Shown here: positions 13,197 to 24,664 of the stretch, piece after piece
How positions within the stretch are numbered: the stretch's first letter is position 1
How the letters are laid out: every line of letters starts with the position of its first letter
Source: Fistulifera solaris
Taxonomy: Eukaryota
Reading direction: 5' to 3'
NCBI GenBank assembly: GCA_030295235.1
Contig: AP026129.1
Location: 1,054,001 to 1,118,000, forward strand
Length of the DNA stretch: 64,000 nt
Made by a program: the position numbers and the translations under genes
Notes under the pieces: model-generated
Told to the model about the DNA's origin: nothing
What the model saw: the letters and a program-made list of their open reading frames with translations, nothing else
Databases searched by the model: none

Positions 13197-13613
13197 TTTC
13201 CGATTAGAATCATTTAGTAAGTAGTTGTATGTCTATGATGTTGCACTAAGCAGAAAATAATAGACGGAATACTAATCAAACATTGTTACTAAGTATGGAG
13301 TAATGAAATTCATTCCTACGCAAACCGATAACGCAAAGAAGAGTGAAATACTTTCTTGATTCGATCCCGTTTCATGGTCATGACTGAATGCAGTCTTACG
13401 GTTCATCGTTTGTGACGTCATCATCTGCAACAATGTACGAGTATAGAGTAGAGAGTGGCTGGTAAGACGCAGCGGCACCGCCTGATGTGATGAAAAAATA
13501 ATAATGACAACAAGTCGATCGAAAGACGGATGCAGAAAACTAATACTCCGGGGTAAAGCGGAGAAAGATCTTTCAAATAATATTATTATAATTAAAAAAC
13601 ATAAACAAAGACC

Positions 13614-15350
13614 ATGAGGGGTCAGAAGCAGATGCTGTGGAGTTCTATCTGGACCCTGCTGTCTGCTGTAGCCGCCGAGGCGTACTCGGCATTGGCTTCT
13701 TCATCGACAGCACCTATTTCCGTAGTAGTTGTCGGAGGAGGACCCATCGGTCTCGCTACGGCAATTACACTTTCTCGGCCTCCTCACTCCTGTCAAGTTA
13801 CTGTGTTGGAACGCCAAGAAGGAAATGGACAAGCAAAATATGATCCGACGCGCTCCTATCTTTACAACGTTAATCCTCGGGGGTTACTCTGGTTTGATCG
13901 GCATTTGAAAACTTCGAATCACCTTGATTCGACCGAGCCCGATGACCAGCTGTTTCTCCAACTCACACAGAAAGGATCCGCTACAACGCAAGGAATGGGA
14001 AATATTATGATCGTCCCCGCCGATCCCAACGTCCCGTTGCCGGCGCCTCGTCCGGTGACACTCGGTACGGGCAATGCTACCGTTTTAATGAAACGCAGTT
14101 ACTGGATTCCGCGTCACCAAATGGTAGAAATTTTGCAAGAAGAATGTCACCGACACAATGTGACACTGTTGCACGGAAAGCAATTTCAGTCCCTGTCCGC
14201 GAACGAAACGTCTGTCACTGTTTCCTGTGCGGATGGTAGTGATTACACAGCGTCCCTGCTCGTGGCCGCCGATGGATACGAATCTCCCGTGCGTGAGTAT
14301 CTCCTACAATGCAAAAGCGAGGACTGGTGCGCCGCACCCCAATGGAAGGTTCGACGCTATAAATCACCGGCAACGGGAGTGAAACTCAAAGCCTTGCAAT
14401 TTCCTCCCAATTTTACCATCCCCAATGGTACGGAATCGTTCGTCACGGATTCGGAAGGCATCTATGTTGTTCGTGGAACCAAAGATGGATCACGTACGCG
14501 ATTAGGTTTGGGTTTCCTCCCGGTCAAAGACCCGAATCTAGTGCGGCCCGCCAACACCAACACCCGCCCTGATCACCTCATTTGGTCCTTACAAGACGGA
14601 CCTTCCATGAAACAATATTTTCAGGAGAATTTTCCTCGTTTCGAGTGGGACAACTATGTATCGGAGGAGGAATGGGAACGTTTCTCGCAAGCCAAAGGTA
14701 CCAGTTTTCCATTTTGTCAATATTCCACGGGAGCCGCTGTTTGGTCGCTTTCAGGTAATGCCGGTGTTGTGCTCGTGGGAGATGCTTGTCATGCCTTTCC
14801 GCCCGACATTGGTCAAGGAATCAACGCTGGATTACAAGACATTGTAGCTCTGGACCAATCGTTGCGAGGCGAAGATATAAATACCCGAGTGATGGAAACT
14901 TCTGGTGAAAGTAGTACTCCAGTTACGCCCCCACCGCTGTCGTCCGCACTGGCCGCGTACCAGGAGAACCGCGTCGCCGAACACCGAGCACTCATCCGCC
15001 TGGCTCGATTTGGAGCGCCTTATCAATACCGTCAACCATGGCTCCGCGATCGACTCGGTCGCCTTTTTTGGTCAATGAATGTTGCTCTGCGATTGCTCTT
15101 GAGTAAAATGCTTCCAACCGTATGCCCACCTCCCGCTGTTCTATTGACCAACTCGAGACCCGATCTGACGTTTCGTCAAGTCATGAGACATGCGGATACT
15201 TTGACACTAGTTCTGCAGGTACTGGCTCTGCAAGTTCTCGGTCTTCGCTTGGGCTTACTTAAGGCGAAATGGCTGTTGTCGAGTTGGATCTCTACCGTTG
15301 CACTTTATGCGGCGTCCAGGCTGGTGCGAAACACGAACAAGGCTGCGTAA
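13614..15350 (+). CDS. FAD-dependent monooxygenase (kynurenine 3-monooxygenase-like), probable plastid presequence
   Basis: VVVVGGGPIGL, LLVAADG, VLVGDACHAFPPDIGQGINAGLQD; signal peptide ending AEA-YSA. Confidence 0.85.
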   Translation: MRGQKQMLWSSIWTLLSAVAAEAYSALASSSTAPISVVVVGGGPIGLATAITLSRPPHSCQVTVLERQEGNGQAKYDPTRSYLYNVNPRGLLWFDRHLKTSNHLDSTEPDDQLFLQLTQKGSATTQGMGNIMIVPADPNVPLPAPRPVTLGTGNATVLMKRSYWIPRHQMVEILQEECHRHNVTLLHGKQFQSLSANETSVTVSCADGSDYTASLLVAADGYESPVREYLLQCKSEDWCAAPQWKVRRYKSPATGVKLKALQFPPNFTIPNGTESFVTDSEGIYVVRGTKDGSRTRLGLGFLPVKDPNLVRPANTNTRPDHLIWSLQDGPSMKQYFQENFPRFEWDNYVSEEEWERFSQAKGTSFPFCQYSTGAAVWSLSGNAGVVLVGDACHAFPPDIGQGINAGLQDIVALDQSLRGEDINTRVMETSGESSTPVTPPPLSSALAAYQENRVAEHRALIRLARFGAPYQYRQPWLRDRLGRLFWSMNVALRLLLSKMLPTVCPPPAVLLTNSRPDLTFRQVMRHADTLTLVLQVLALQVLGLRLGLLKAKWLLSSWISTVALYAASRLVRNTNKAA

Positions 15351-15471
15351 CACTACATCCAACTGTTGTGCGTACAAGACAAATTTCCAAAGTTTACGCA
15401 ATCGGCATTCGATTCGTATCAAATAATAATAGTATGTGTAAGTTAGAACTCATCCTAGAGGTGCAATGAAT

Positions 15472-16212
15472 TTACTTCTTTCGTTGATAAGGACCCGCCG
15501 TGCGGACATTCGCCATGACCTTGGCCGCATTCTGTGCAATCTTGTCAAAGTCTCCTGCCGCAATCGCGGCTTGATCAAAGAGAGGAGCGACCAATCCGAC
15601 CGAGGCGGCTCCATTCTTCAAAAAATCGGCCGCGTTGTCCAAATCCACTCCGGACGTCGGGTTAATACTCAAGAAGGGCAAAGCCGATGACACAGCCTTG
15701 ACCCACATGGGACCTCCGGCGACTCCAGGAAACAATTTCTGCAGAGGTGCACCGTGACGGTACGCACTGACGAGTTCCGTCGGCGTTTGACATCCGGGCA
15801 CACAAACAATGTTGCGTTCCTTGCACCACTGAATGACATCCGGGAGCATGACAGGCGTAATAATGAATTCACTGCCCGCATCCATGGCGGCTTCGGCATC
15901 GGCAATCGTCAAAATAGTCCCACAACCGATCATGACCTTGCCGTCGTATTTTTTGCGAAAATCGGCCAAATGATCCAAACAGTTGGGCGTCGTGAGAGTG
16001 AATTCGCAAATTTCAAAGCCACCGTCAATGGCAGCTTGCATGGCTTTCGGACAGGCTTCCGAAGTGGCCGTGCGGAGGACGGCGCAAGCACGGATTTGGG
16101 CAAACTTGTCGAGGACGGCTTCGTAGTTTTCGACGGATTGCATGCGGTCGGTTGAAAACAAGCGGACGTGCTTGTTGCTGCAGAGCAGAGTCTTGGATAG
16201 TCGGAGGGCCAT
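15472..16212 (-). CDS. eda: KDPG/KHG aldolase (Entner-Doudoroff aldolase), mitochondrial presequence
   Basis: AVLR, GGFEICEFTLTTP, IGCGTIL, FIITP, PGCQTPTE, KLFPG, PTSGV; N-terminus MALRLSKTLLCSNKHVRLFS. Confidence 0.92.
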   Translation of the reverse strand: MALRLSKTLLCSNKHVRLFSTDRMQSVENYEAVLDKFAQIRACAVLRTATSEACPKAMQAAIDGGFEICEFTLTTPNCLDHLADFRKKYDGKVMIGCGTILTIADAEAAMDAGSEFIITPVMLPDVIQWCKERNIVCVPGCQTPTELVSAYRHGAPLQKLFPGVAGGPMWVKAVSSALPFLSINPTSGVDLDNAADFLKNGAASVGLVAPLFDQAAIAAGDFDKIAQNAAKVMANVRTAGPYQRKK

Positions 16213-17050
16213 GTTGCTGTTGTTGGGTGCAGTGAAAGAAGGGCAGGCAAATATTATGGATACTTTCAACGCAGCACACTTGCAGTAAAAAGGATGTTGT
16301 GAGAAAATGGAACCTTACCAGGTATCAAGAGAAGAAAATTTCTCGAGGAACGACTTCAACAAGACTCCGATTGGATGGATGTTAATCTTTACGTACTACG
16401 TAGAAGGCTCTTTGGTTGACGTCATCCCGACATTACCGGAGCGCCACGTTGCGCGCCTCACGAAAGTACAAACAGTCCCGAAGAATTCAGAATACGACTT
16501 TAGTCACGTGAACTATGTCATAGTGATAACTTTTCCATCAACAAGAGACAATCTATCTTGGGTCTGTTTGCCACAAATGACATTGTAACCTTCATCCAAA
16601 TAAGCGTTGAATTGTTAACAGCTCTAACCAACTTTAATCGGAACTCAAACATATAAAAGGTCAAAAGTTTAACGCTATGAACGGTCTACAAGAACATTAC
16701 GTAGGCCTGGTAAGAAATTGATCGATGTAATCGTCTATATTAAATCTGTTGTTTCACTGCCAAAAATGGCATTGTAGGTTTCACCAACGTTAATATTTTG
16801 TGCCATTAAACAATAATCGACATCGTTTGAAGTTAGAGCAAAGCTGCAACCCTTCGACTGTCTGCGCGAGTTGCACGTGGGCGTGGTAGGGAAATTTATC
16901 GACATAGTGGACACCCGGATGTTGTAGACCCAACGGTTTTGATGTCGTGCAATCATGGCATCATCATAAAAAAAAACGAAAAGCGAACTTGTGAAGAACA
17001 ACAACGAGAAGAAGGAACCAACAATCCACCCACAATATCGCCTTATTTTC

Positions 17051-18638
17051 ATGATGAAATCTTTGATAAACTGTTCCTGGATCACATTATTATCATTGTT
17101 TCGAATACTGCCGTCGTGTTGGGGCGGCATACCCGCACCTGCCGATTTCTTTGCGGATCAGCTGATCGATCATCTTGACACGAATGCCAAGCGATGGACG
17201 CAACGCTATTATGTGTGGGAAGATTCGTTTCAAGGTCCAGGGAGTCCTATTTTTCTTATTCTGGGCGGAGAAGGAGAGATTACACCCGAAAAAGGATTGT
17301 TGTATCCCGCCGTCACACATTATATGGCTCCGTATTTAGGGGCCTTTGTGTTGCAACCGGAACATCGGTTTTACGGTGTATCACAGCCGATAACGCGCGA
17401 AGAAATCGAACAACGGTCACGGGACAATCAGCGCGACCCGCGAATTGATCTCTTGACGACCGAACAGGCGTTGATGGATGCCATTCGTTTGTTGCATCAT
17501 GTGCAAGATCGTTTGGGGTGCAGCCGACAACCGGACGATCCGACGTATTGTCCCGTCATTGCGGTCGGTGGATCGTATCCAGGTTTCATGAGTGCTATGG
17601 CGCGAATGCGCTTTCCCGAATCGATCGATATGGCGTATGCGGCATCGGCTCCGATGCTCTTCTATGCGCAACTAGTGCCCTCCCCAGCGTATTATCAGCA
17701 CATTACGCGTGTCGCGGAACAAGCCTTGCCCGGTTGCGCCGCGGCGGGTCCAAATGACGCTGTCAAATGTTCAATCGTTTTACCAGCATCAAAACTTTCG
17801 CAATACGGCTCATCTCATTGGGATTTGTCCCGGCACAATACCCAGTTACATTCAGGATTCGAAAACATTTCTCGAAGAAGTCATCATGATGGTCGCCTAC
17901 ACCTTTGCGAATCACAATATGGGCTACTATCCTCCCTCGAATACCACGGACCTCTATCAGTCCTGTTCGGCATTTATGTCGAAAGAAGAAAGCGAACACA
18001 TGTCGATATCCAGTTCCTTGCATCGTCTTCAACAGTTTCTCGTGCAATCACTCGCCGGGCCGATCAATCAATGCGTCGATATGCGCGAACAGTTGCCTGA
18101 TGGACCCCGTGCGACCATTACGGGCGGTGATTGGAGCGGGGATGGCACTGGAGCGGCGGCCGATAGTTGGGATTTCCAAACATGCACTCTATTGGTCGAA
18201 CGCATTAGTTTTGAAGGTAGCATGTTTCCCGATCGACCGTGGTCGTTGGAATGGTTGCAAGAACACTGCGCGCGACGGTTTGTGGGAGTCACGCCTCGAC
18301 CCACTGAATTGTTCGAAAAGTGGCGGTGGTTGGATTTCAATCAAACTTCGTGGATACTCTTTACCAATGGTTTGTTGGATGGGTGGTCGGTTTCAGGAAT
18401 TCTCAACAATATTTCGGACGACATTCTCGTCATCAACTTTCCTACTGGAGCACACCACAGTGACTTGTCGGGGCATATCCCGGATCCACAGTATGACACA
18501 CCCGATATATTAGACGGGTTGAAACGGATTCGTCACATTCTGGCGGGATGGTTAGACGATAGGAGGCGGGATTTTATTGCTAGGAGCGAGGATGCTTCGA
18601 ATATTTATCAGGGGATTGAAATTGCTTTAATTGAGTAG
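17051..18638 (+). CDS. Serine carboxypeptidase family S28 (Pro-X carboxypeptidase-like), secreted; frameshift near 17748
   Basis: Signal peptide, QLIDH, QRYY, GGEG, EHRFYG, EQALMD, GGSYPG, WDFQTCT, FTNGLLDGW, GAHHSDL. Confidence 0.92.
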
Positions 18639-18700
18639 AGTAATGGAGATTACAAGCAAACAACTCAACTAACAAATAGCAATAAATGTAGAGGAAAGCT

Positions 18701-20291
18701 TCATTTTGCCAACGGCCCCGCAAATACATTCAGGACACCCGGTATAACTTTTGCCTGAACGGGACCATCTTCAATCACTTCTCCATCCAAGTCATTGTAA
18801 GATCCTTGTGGCTCGAGTCGATAGGCGGTACAGGCAACGTATTCGGCGCCTTCTACCTCAATGTGCTTTCCAGTATCCAGACCGAGAAGCACGCGGGTAG
18901 CGCGAAATCGTGACATCGGCTTGCGAAGGATGAATACGCGAATTACACCATCTTGCAAACGACTGTGGGGGGAATTCATGCTTCCCGTCTGTATCATGAA
19001 ATTTCGAATGAGCGAATTCAAAATACTGAGATCAAGATCGGAGGAATAGAATATTTAGAACGACATATCGCATTGGACGTACCGCCGCGTGACTGACATG
19101 GGAAGCCCAAAACAGGATGAAATCATCCTCCATGACAGTCCAACTTTCGGGAACAGGATCACTCAAATTAGAAGGAAGAACAGGCTTGGGGTCATTCGTG
19201 TAGGAAAAACGACCATGATAATGTCGCATACGAAGAATGCACCATGCACCCCATAAATCAAAGCGCGATTCACCCAGGCAACGAATGCACTCCGAATCAA
19301 TATCGATATCGGCAATGTTCCCCCACGCGAATGTCAAGAACGAAGTATAAGTACTTTTGCGTGTCGTATACGTGGAGATATCCGTCGCCGTCACATGCCC
19401 TTTGCAAATGAGAAAGGTCTCTTGCAGCGGCCCGACCACTTCCTGACTGGCGTACGTGATAGTTTTCGTAAAGCCATTGGCGGTTCCACAACCAATCGCC
19501 CCCAAACGCAATTTCGCCAAGGTCGCCATGGCATCGTCTCGGCGCATGACACCATTCAAGAATTCATGAATCGTCCCATCCCCACCCATGAGAATTACCG
19601 CATTGTACTGATCCAAGATTTTATCATTCCCCACCAGTTTGGTTTCTCCAATTTGCATCGCATGCTGGGCATGGGTCGTAACAACAATATCACTTTCAAT
19701 GCTTGCTTGGAGGAACATGGGTTGTACGACGGTTTCGGCAATGTTCCGCGCGTTGCGCTTCGGTCCCGATCGAGGATTGACGAGAATGAGATACCGCAGT
19801 GGAGAAGCAGGTCGACCTGTAACATAGTGTTGCAGGACGGCTGCGACCCGCGAAACAGCTTGCAAATCTTCCGCCGGTGCCACCACAAAACGACGGTGCT
19901 GCGCGACTCGAGGCTGAGGATGTCTCTGAGAAGATGATGATACGAGACCCCAGCGTTGTATCCATGTGAGAAGTTTTTGTTGCGGATAACAGTAGAGTGT
20001 GAGGACGGCCGATCCTTGCGTATCCACAGGTTCGGGACTCGTCGGTTCATTTGTTTCATACTTTTTCTCAATCGCATTCTTCGACTTGAGCACAATTTCG
20101 ACTTGCACACCAATACAGTCCTTCAAATCAATAACTTCTAGTACTTGTTGCGATGAATCGGAGGAAACAATGGAAAGCTGATTGTCGCCGTCGTAACGAA
20201 GAGAGCAAAAAACTGAGGACGATTTCCATTCCGGCGGTGTGAGCAGTTTGATGTTTGCGGCTTCCTCTGGCCACGTGGGTAAATTTGACAT
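18701..20291 (-). CDS. Sphingosine/diacylglycerol kinase family protein
   Basis: ILVNPRSG, MGGDGTIHEFLNG, GCGTANG, WGNIADIDIDSECIRCLGESRF, DLDGE. Intron 18989..19082. Confidence 0.92.
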
Positions 20292-20969
20292 GACTGTTTC
20301 GTTGAATCAAATATTTTGCGAGTGTATTCAAAGCGAAGAACGAAAGGTGAATGGAGAAAGGACGAAGTATGTCATTCATTATTCTCTGCATTGTTTGCAA
20401 CAATAAATCGTATGCAAGCAATGCCAAGTATCGGACGTTGAATCTTTTGTATTTACTCTAATCCAAAGTGTATAATCCCAGATGACACGACTGCAATCCA
20501 GTCATGAGTCACTTAAATTCCGAGACAGACTTCTACCGAAAACCTAAACACCGGGTTCGTTTTCCTAGCTTGTCAAGCTACACTTGTCGATTCTAAAATG
20601 ACAAATATTTTAATAAGCATTGAATGCGTTGATTTTCCGTCGAAATGGCTTGTGGACACCAGTAGTTGCCTGCGAAATCGCCTATCGAATGTATTTCAGT
20701 CACGATGCATGATGATAAGAAATTATGGGGATTTTTTTGGATCAATGCAATGAAAAATATGCCACTGTACCCGCTGAAGTTAAGCATGGAAGCCTCAAGT
20801 TTACTTCTTATTCCTCGGGTCCGCGCGCTAGTATTAAGCACATTGACTTTCAACTGGGAATATTGGCAGAGATGATATACGAGAATTTGCCCATCCGTTT
20901 TTTCATTCACGCTCAAGCATTCTTAGCGAATTTCATTCTTTTCCGCATTCATAGCTTCAATTCACAAAT

Positions 20970-22232
20970 TCATTGCTCATTTTGCCTCCAACCTGCATCG
21001 CTTAACAATTCGCGTGCCACATCTTCAGATTGCCACTTCACAAAAGCATCTACCCAGTTCACAATACCATCATCAGCGACCGGCTCACCCTTCCCTCGTG
21101 CCAGTCGTCGTTCCCACTCGCTGTCATCTCGGAAGCGCGGATCCCATTGTGCGGCGAATTTATATGCCTCGTAACTTCCCAAGTAATGATTCAGTAAAAG
21201 AGGAGATAGTGCGACAGGCCATGGACCTTGGCAAAGAGGTTTACCCAAGGGATTGTGCACATTCATCCATTTCTCGAAATTATTCTTCCGACCAGTCAGT
21301 AGTGTGGGTGGTATATGACTTAAATGGATTATTCCTTTTCCTGTCTGCTGAGCACGGGTTTTACGGTAGCGATAACTTAACGTCTCCAATGGAACGGAAC
21401 GAATCCAAGATAAATCCCTGTTTTGATGGACACGTTCCGCTGTTGCATTGTTCCACGGAATAAAATAAAGACGAACAAACAACCAGCAGCTCGCATTCGG
21501 TAACCACCGTATCTCTGACGTATTTTGACGGTTAAGAAAATGGGTAATATGGCCCGGACGTGTCGTGTCGTAACGCTTTATAATATCCGTATTGATACGA
21601 AGGTATTCGTCGACGTCGTGGTGAATGACACGCGATACATTCTTAGCCGCCAGAGTTACCGTACATTGTTGCATAAAGTAGACCTGTCGATGTTCGTGAA
21701 TCAATCGCTCGATGGGCTTATCAGAGGGACCTTGACTCGTTACAGCTTCCGTCCAGTTGATCGGCAAATAGTCGTCTTCTTCCCATTCTATGATATCTAT
21801 GACATCTTTCCATCGATGTAGCAAGTCGGTAGCGCGCTGAGTACTCTTGGGATCGTATGCGATAATCAGTGAGCGCAAGGGTAAGGCAAAGTAGTGATAG
21901 GCAATCCATTCGGTCATGCGGTGGTTCTGATTTAGAACTAGCGCACACGCACCAAAGGATTCCTGCGTTGTAAAAGGAGGGGTCTGGATGGTAGTTGCTG
22001 TGTTTGAGTGCTCATCTATCATGTGTCGTAGCTGCCGCTTTGAAATGGCAAATTCTTCTCTCACAAAGATTGCACTGGTTTCGTCCACTCCGGCGTGATG
22101 AACCCTGAAAGCAATGAAAATATTCGTCAAGCACAGACAAATAGTCACAAAGGAACCAGATGCCACGACAGCAATGTGGTTCGAGTCATAACGAGCTGTA
22201 AATGATTTTAACGACAAAACGTTTATCGACAA
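20970..22232 (-). CDS. GT92/DUF23-like (GT-A fold) type II membrane glycosyltransferase, copy 1; start uncertain
   Basis: N-terminal TM, FGACALVLNQNHRMTEWIAYHY, HHDVDEY (DxD), LNHYLGSYEAY...DPR. Confidence 0.7.
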   Translation of the reverse strand: MSINVLSLKSFTARYDSNHIAVVASGSFVTICLCLTNIFIAFRVHHAGVDETSAIFVREEFAISKRQLRHMIDEHSNTATTIQTPPFTTQESFGACALVLNQNHRMTEWIAYHYFALPLRSLIIAYDPKSTQRATDLLHRWKDVIDIIEWEEDDYLPINWTEAVTSQGPSDKPIERLIHEHRQVYFMQQCTVTLAAKNVSRVIHHDVDEYLRINTDIIKRYDTTRPGHITHFLNRQNTSEIRWLPNASCWLFVRLYFIPWNNATAERVHQNRDLSWIRSVPLETLSYRYRKTRAQQTGKGIIHLSHIPPTLLTGRKNNFEKWMNVHNPLGKPLCQGPWPVALSPLLLNHYLGSYEAYKFAAQWDPRFRDDSEWERRLARGKGEPVADDGIVNWVDAFVKWQSEDVARELLSDAGWRQNEQ

Positions 22233-22739
22233 GGCCAGTCAATGTTCGATACGACGGGGTTCGTTCAATAGATGCGAGATCAGCAAAGCCGAAGAAGGAG
22301 TGAGAATACCGACAAATGATGCATTCCAAGCCGATCTCTTCTACGATAGGTAATTGTTCTTCAGAAGGGCAGCAACAACGAATTCAATTGATACGATGAT
22401 GAGATGATGGTAGAAAATAGAAAATGGGTGAGTTGATGATGTTATGTTGTCATCATATTATTTCTCGCCAAAAAGAAACTGTGGACAGGCCTACTGTTGT
22501 GTACAAAGTAGAGAGCAGTGCTGAGTACCGGACGCTTTCCCCCGACATTGTAAGCAATGTCACAACTTCAAGCGCACAATCGCCAACCGTTTCTTTGCTA
22601 AGGTTTGCACCATTTCTGAAGAAATCGGAGCTACATCGGAGTTATGAATTTTGCTTATAAATAATCGGATGCTCGTTTTGTCAGCTATTGAGCAGCAACT
22701 ATGGAGCATTTGGGACTCTTTGTGTGAAGGAACATTTGA

Positions 22740-23999
22740 TCACTTTGGCGAGAGCTCCATGATTTCATCCTTTAAGCCCGCATCACTCAGCAAATGACGC
22801 GCTACCGGTTCGGACTGCCACGCTATGAAAGCTTGAATCCAGTTTGTAATGCCATCATCCACACGGGATTTACCTTTCCCTCGGGTCGTACGTCGTTCCC
22901 AATCAGTAAGGTTCTGAAAGCGAAAGTCCCATTGAGAAGCGTACAAATACGCTTCATAGCTACCCAAGTAGTGATTCAGTATAAGCGGGGACGCTACTAC
23001 AGGCCATGGACCCTCACAAAGATGTTTGCCCAAGGGATTGTGCACTTTCATCCATTTTTCAAAAATGTTCTCTCGACGAGACAGGACAGAGGATGGTACA
23101 TGGTCCAATTGAAGGATTCCTTTGCAGTCTTTTGCGCCAGAGTTTTCCGCCAGCGATATCGCAACGTGTCAAAGTGTATGGGTTGAAACCACGGGAAATC
23201 GATTTGTTTGTACAAAGATTGACGATGACCTGGTGAATCTTGAAACAGCGGCGTAAAAAACAGACGGAGCAACACCCAACAGCCCGAATTCCACGACCAG
23301 CCGGTTGGGATCTTAGTGAAAGTCTTTTGATTGAGAAAATCGGTAATATGCCCAGGCCGCGTCGTATCATATCCCTTGACGACATCTGTGTTGATGCGCA
23401 AATATTCATCGACATCATGGTGGATGACGCGCGATACATTCTTGTCCGCCAAAGTCAACGTACATTGTTGCATAAAGTAGACCTGTCGATGTTCATGAAT
23501 CAATCGCTCGATGGGCTTGTCGAGGGGGAGAAGCGGGTCGATAATTCATCCGAATATCCTCCGACCAGTTGGTCGGCAAATAGTCGTCTTCTTCCCATTC
23601 AATGATATCTATGACATCTTTCCATCGATGTAGCAAGTCGGTAGCGCGCTGTGTACTCTTGGGATCGTATGCGATAATCAGTGAGCGCAAGGGTAAGGCA
23701 AAGTAGTGATAGGCAATCCATTCGGTCATGCGATGGTTCTGATTCAAGACAAGCGCACATGCCCCAAAAGATTCCTGCGGCGTGAATGGCGGAAGCTGAA
23801 TCACACTGTTAGCTCCTGTACTATTTCTAAAATAATTTTGCCCCAGAAAGCCGTGACCTTCTATTCTTCGATACGTTTCGTCCATTTGCCGCCCGCGAAA
23901 CGCCATGAATATATTCGCCCCGACCAAAAGCAAGGTAACCAGAGTCATCAAACGCCGAAAGGGCGCCAACTTGCGGCCCCCGGAACTAGGCCATCTCAT
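22740..23999 (-). CDS. GT92/DUF23-like glycosyltransferase, tandem copy 2; frameshifts near 23525 and 23115
   Basis: Same motifs as copy 1, spread over three frames (23493..23999, 23048..23503, 22740..23108). Confidence 0.7.
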
Positions 24000-24143
24000 T
24001 GTTTTGTTTCAATTATTTGTTTAGCAATCGGCTCGTTTGTCTCTTGGCGGCAATAGGACAAAAGGTTTACCGGAGTAGACTTCTCACGGAAATGAAAATG
24101 GCCGTGGTAAAAAGTGCGAGCGAATACTTTGCAAGGCGGACCA

Positions 24144-24223
24144 GGAAACGGCGTTAAAATTCTGCGTCGACGTGGACGCTACGTAGAATCTTGTACTAGA
24201 GGCAGAATTTTAACGTGGTTTCC
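24144..24223 (-). mobile_element. 80-bp palindromic (MITE-like) element, copy 1, inverted relative to copies 2 and 3
   Basis: GGAAACGGCGTTAAAATTCTGC...GCAGAATTTTAACGTGGTTTCC terminal inverted repeats. The reverse complement aligns without gaps to 48293..48372 and 48403..48482. Confidence 0.7.
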
Positions 24224-24664
24224 AGATGCGCGTGAGAATTTTTTAGTACATTTTTTTACTATACATCTTTTCTCTTGTCCCCTTTCTTTTCGCGCCATTA
24301 TTCGAATTTCGAAGACGTCTGACGACTAACTGACGACGACACCTCCTCTATGCATGCATGCCGTCATGCGACTCCGAGCTCCGCGAAAGCGAGTGACGGT
24401 CAGACGACTCAAAAGGTCATGTATGTTCATGTACGACGTACGTAGTATCCACGTGAACGTCGAGAAGCTTCAAGGACGAAAAAAGTGTGACAACCAACCA
24501 ACACTTTTCATGCCAATGGCTCGCAAAGAACACGCACATCACACAACACACAACATCATCCGTGACCGGAGAATCTCATGAGATCATTGTTACGGTGTTG
24601 TCACTTTTACACTTCTCCTTTACTTACCTGCTGTCAGCAACTCACAACGAATCACCGAACCAGA

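Noticed and set aside
16600..16940. Possible gene fragment on the minus strand (16735..17130 ORF)
   Set aside because: It overlaps the S28 5' end and has no recognisable motif; unsupported.
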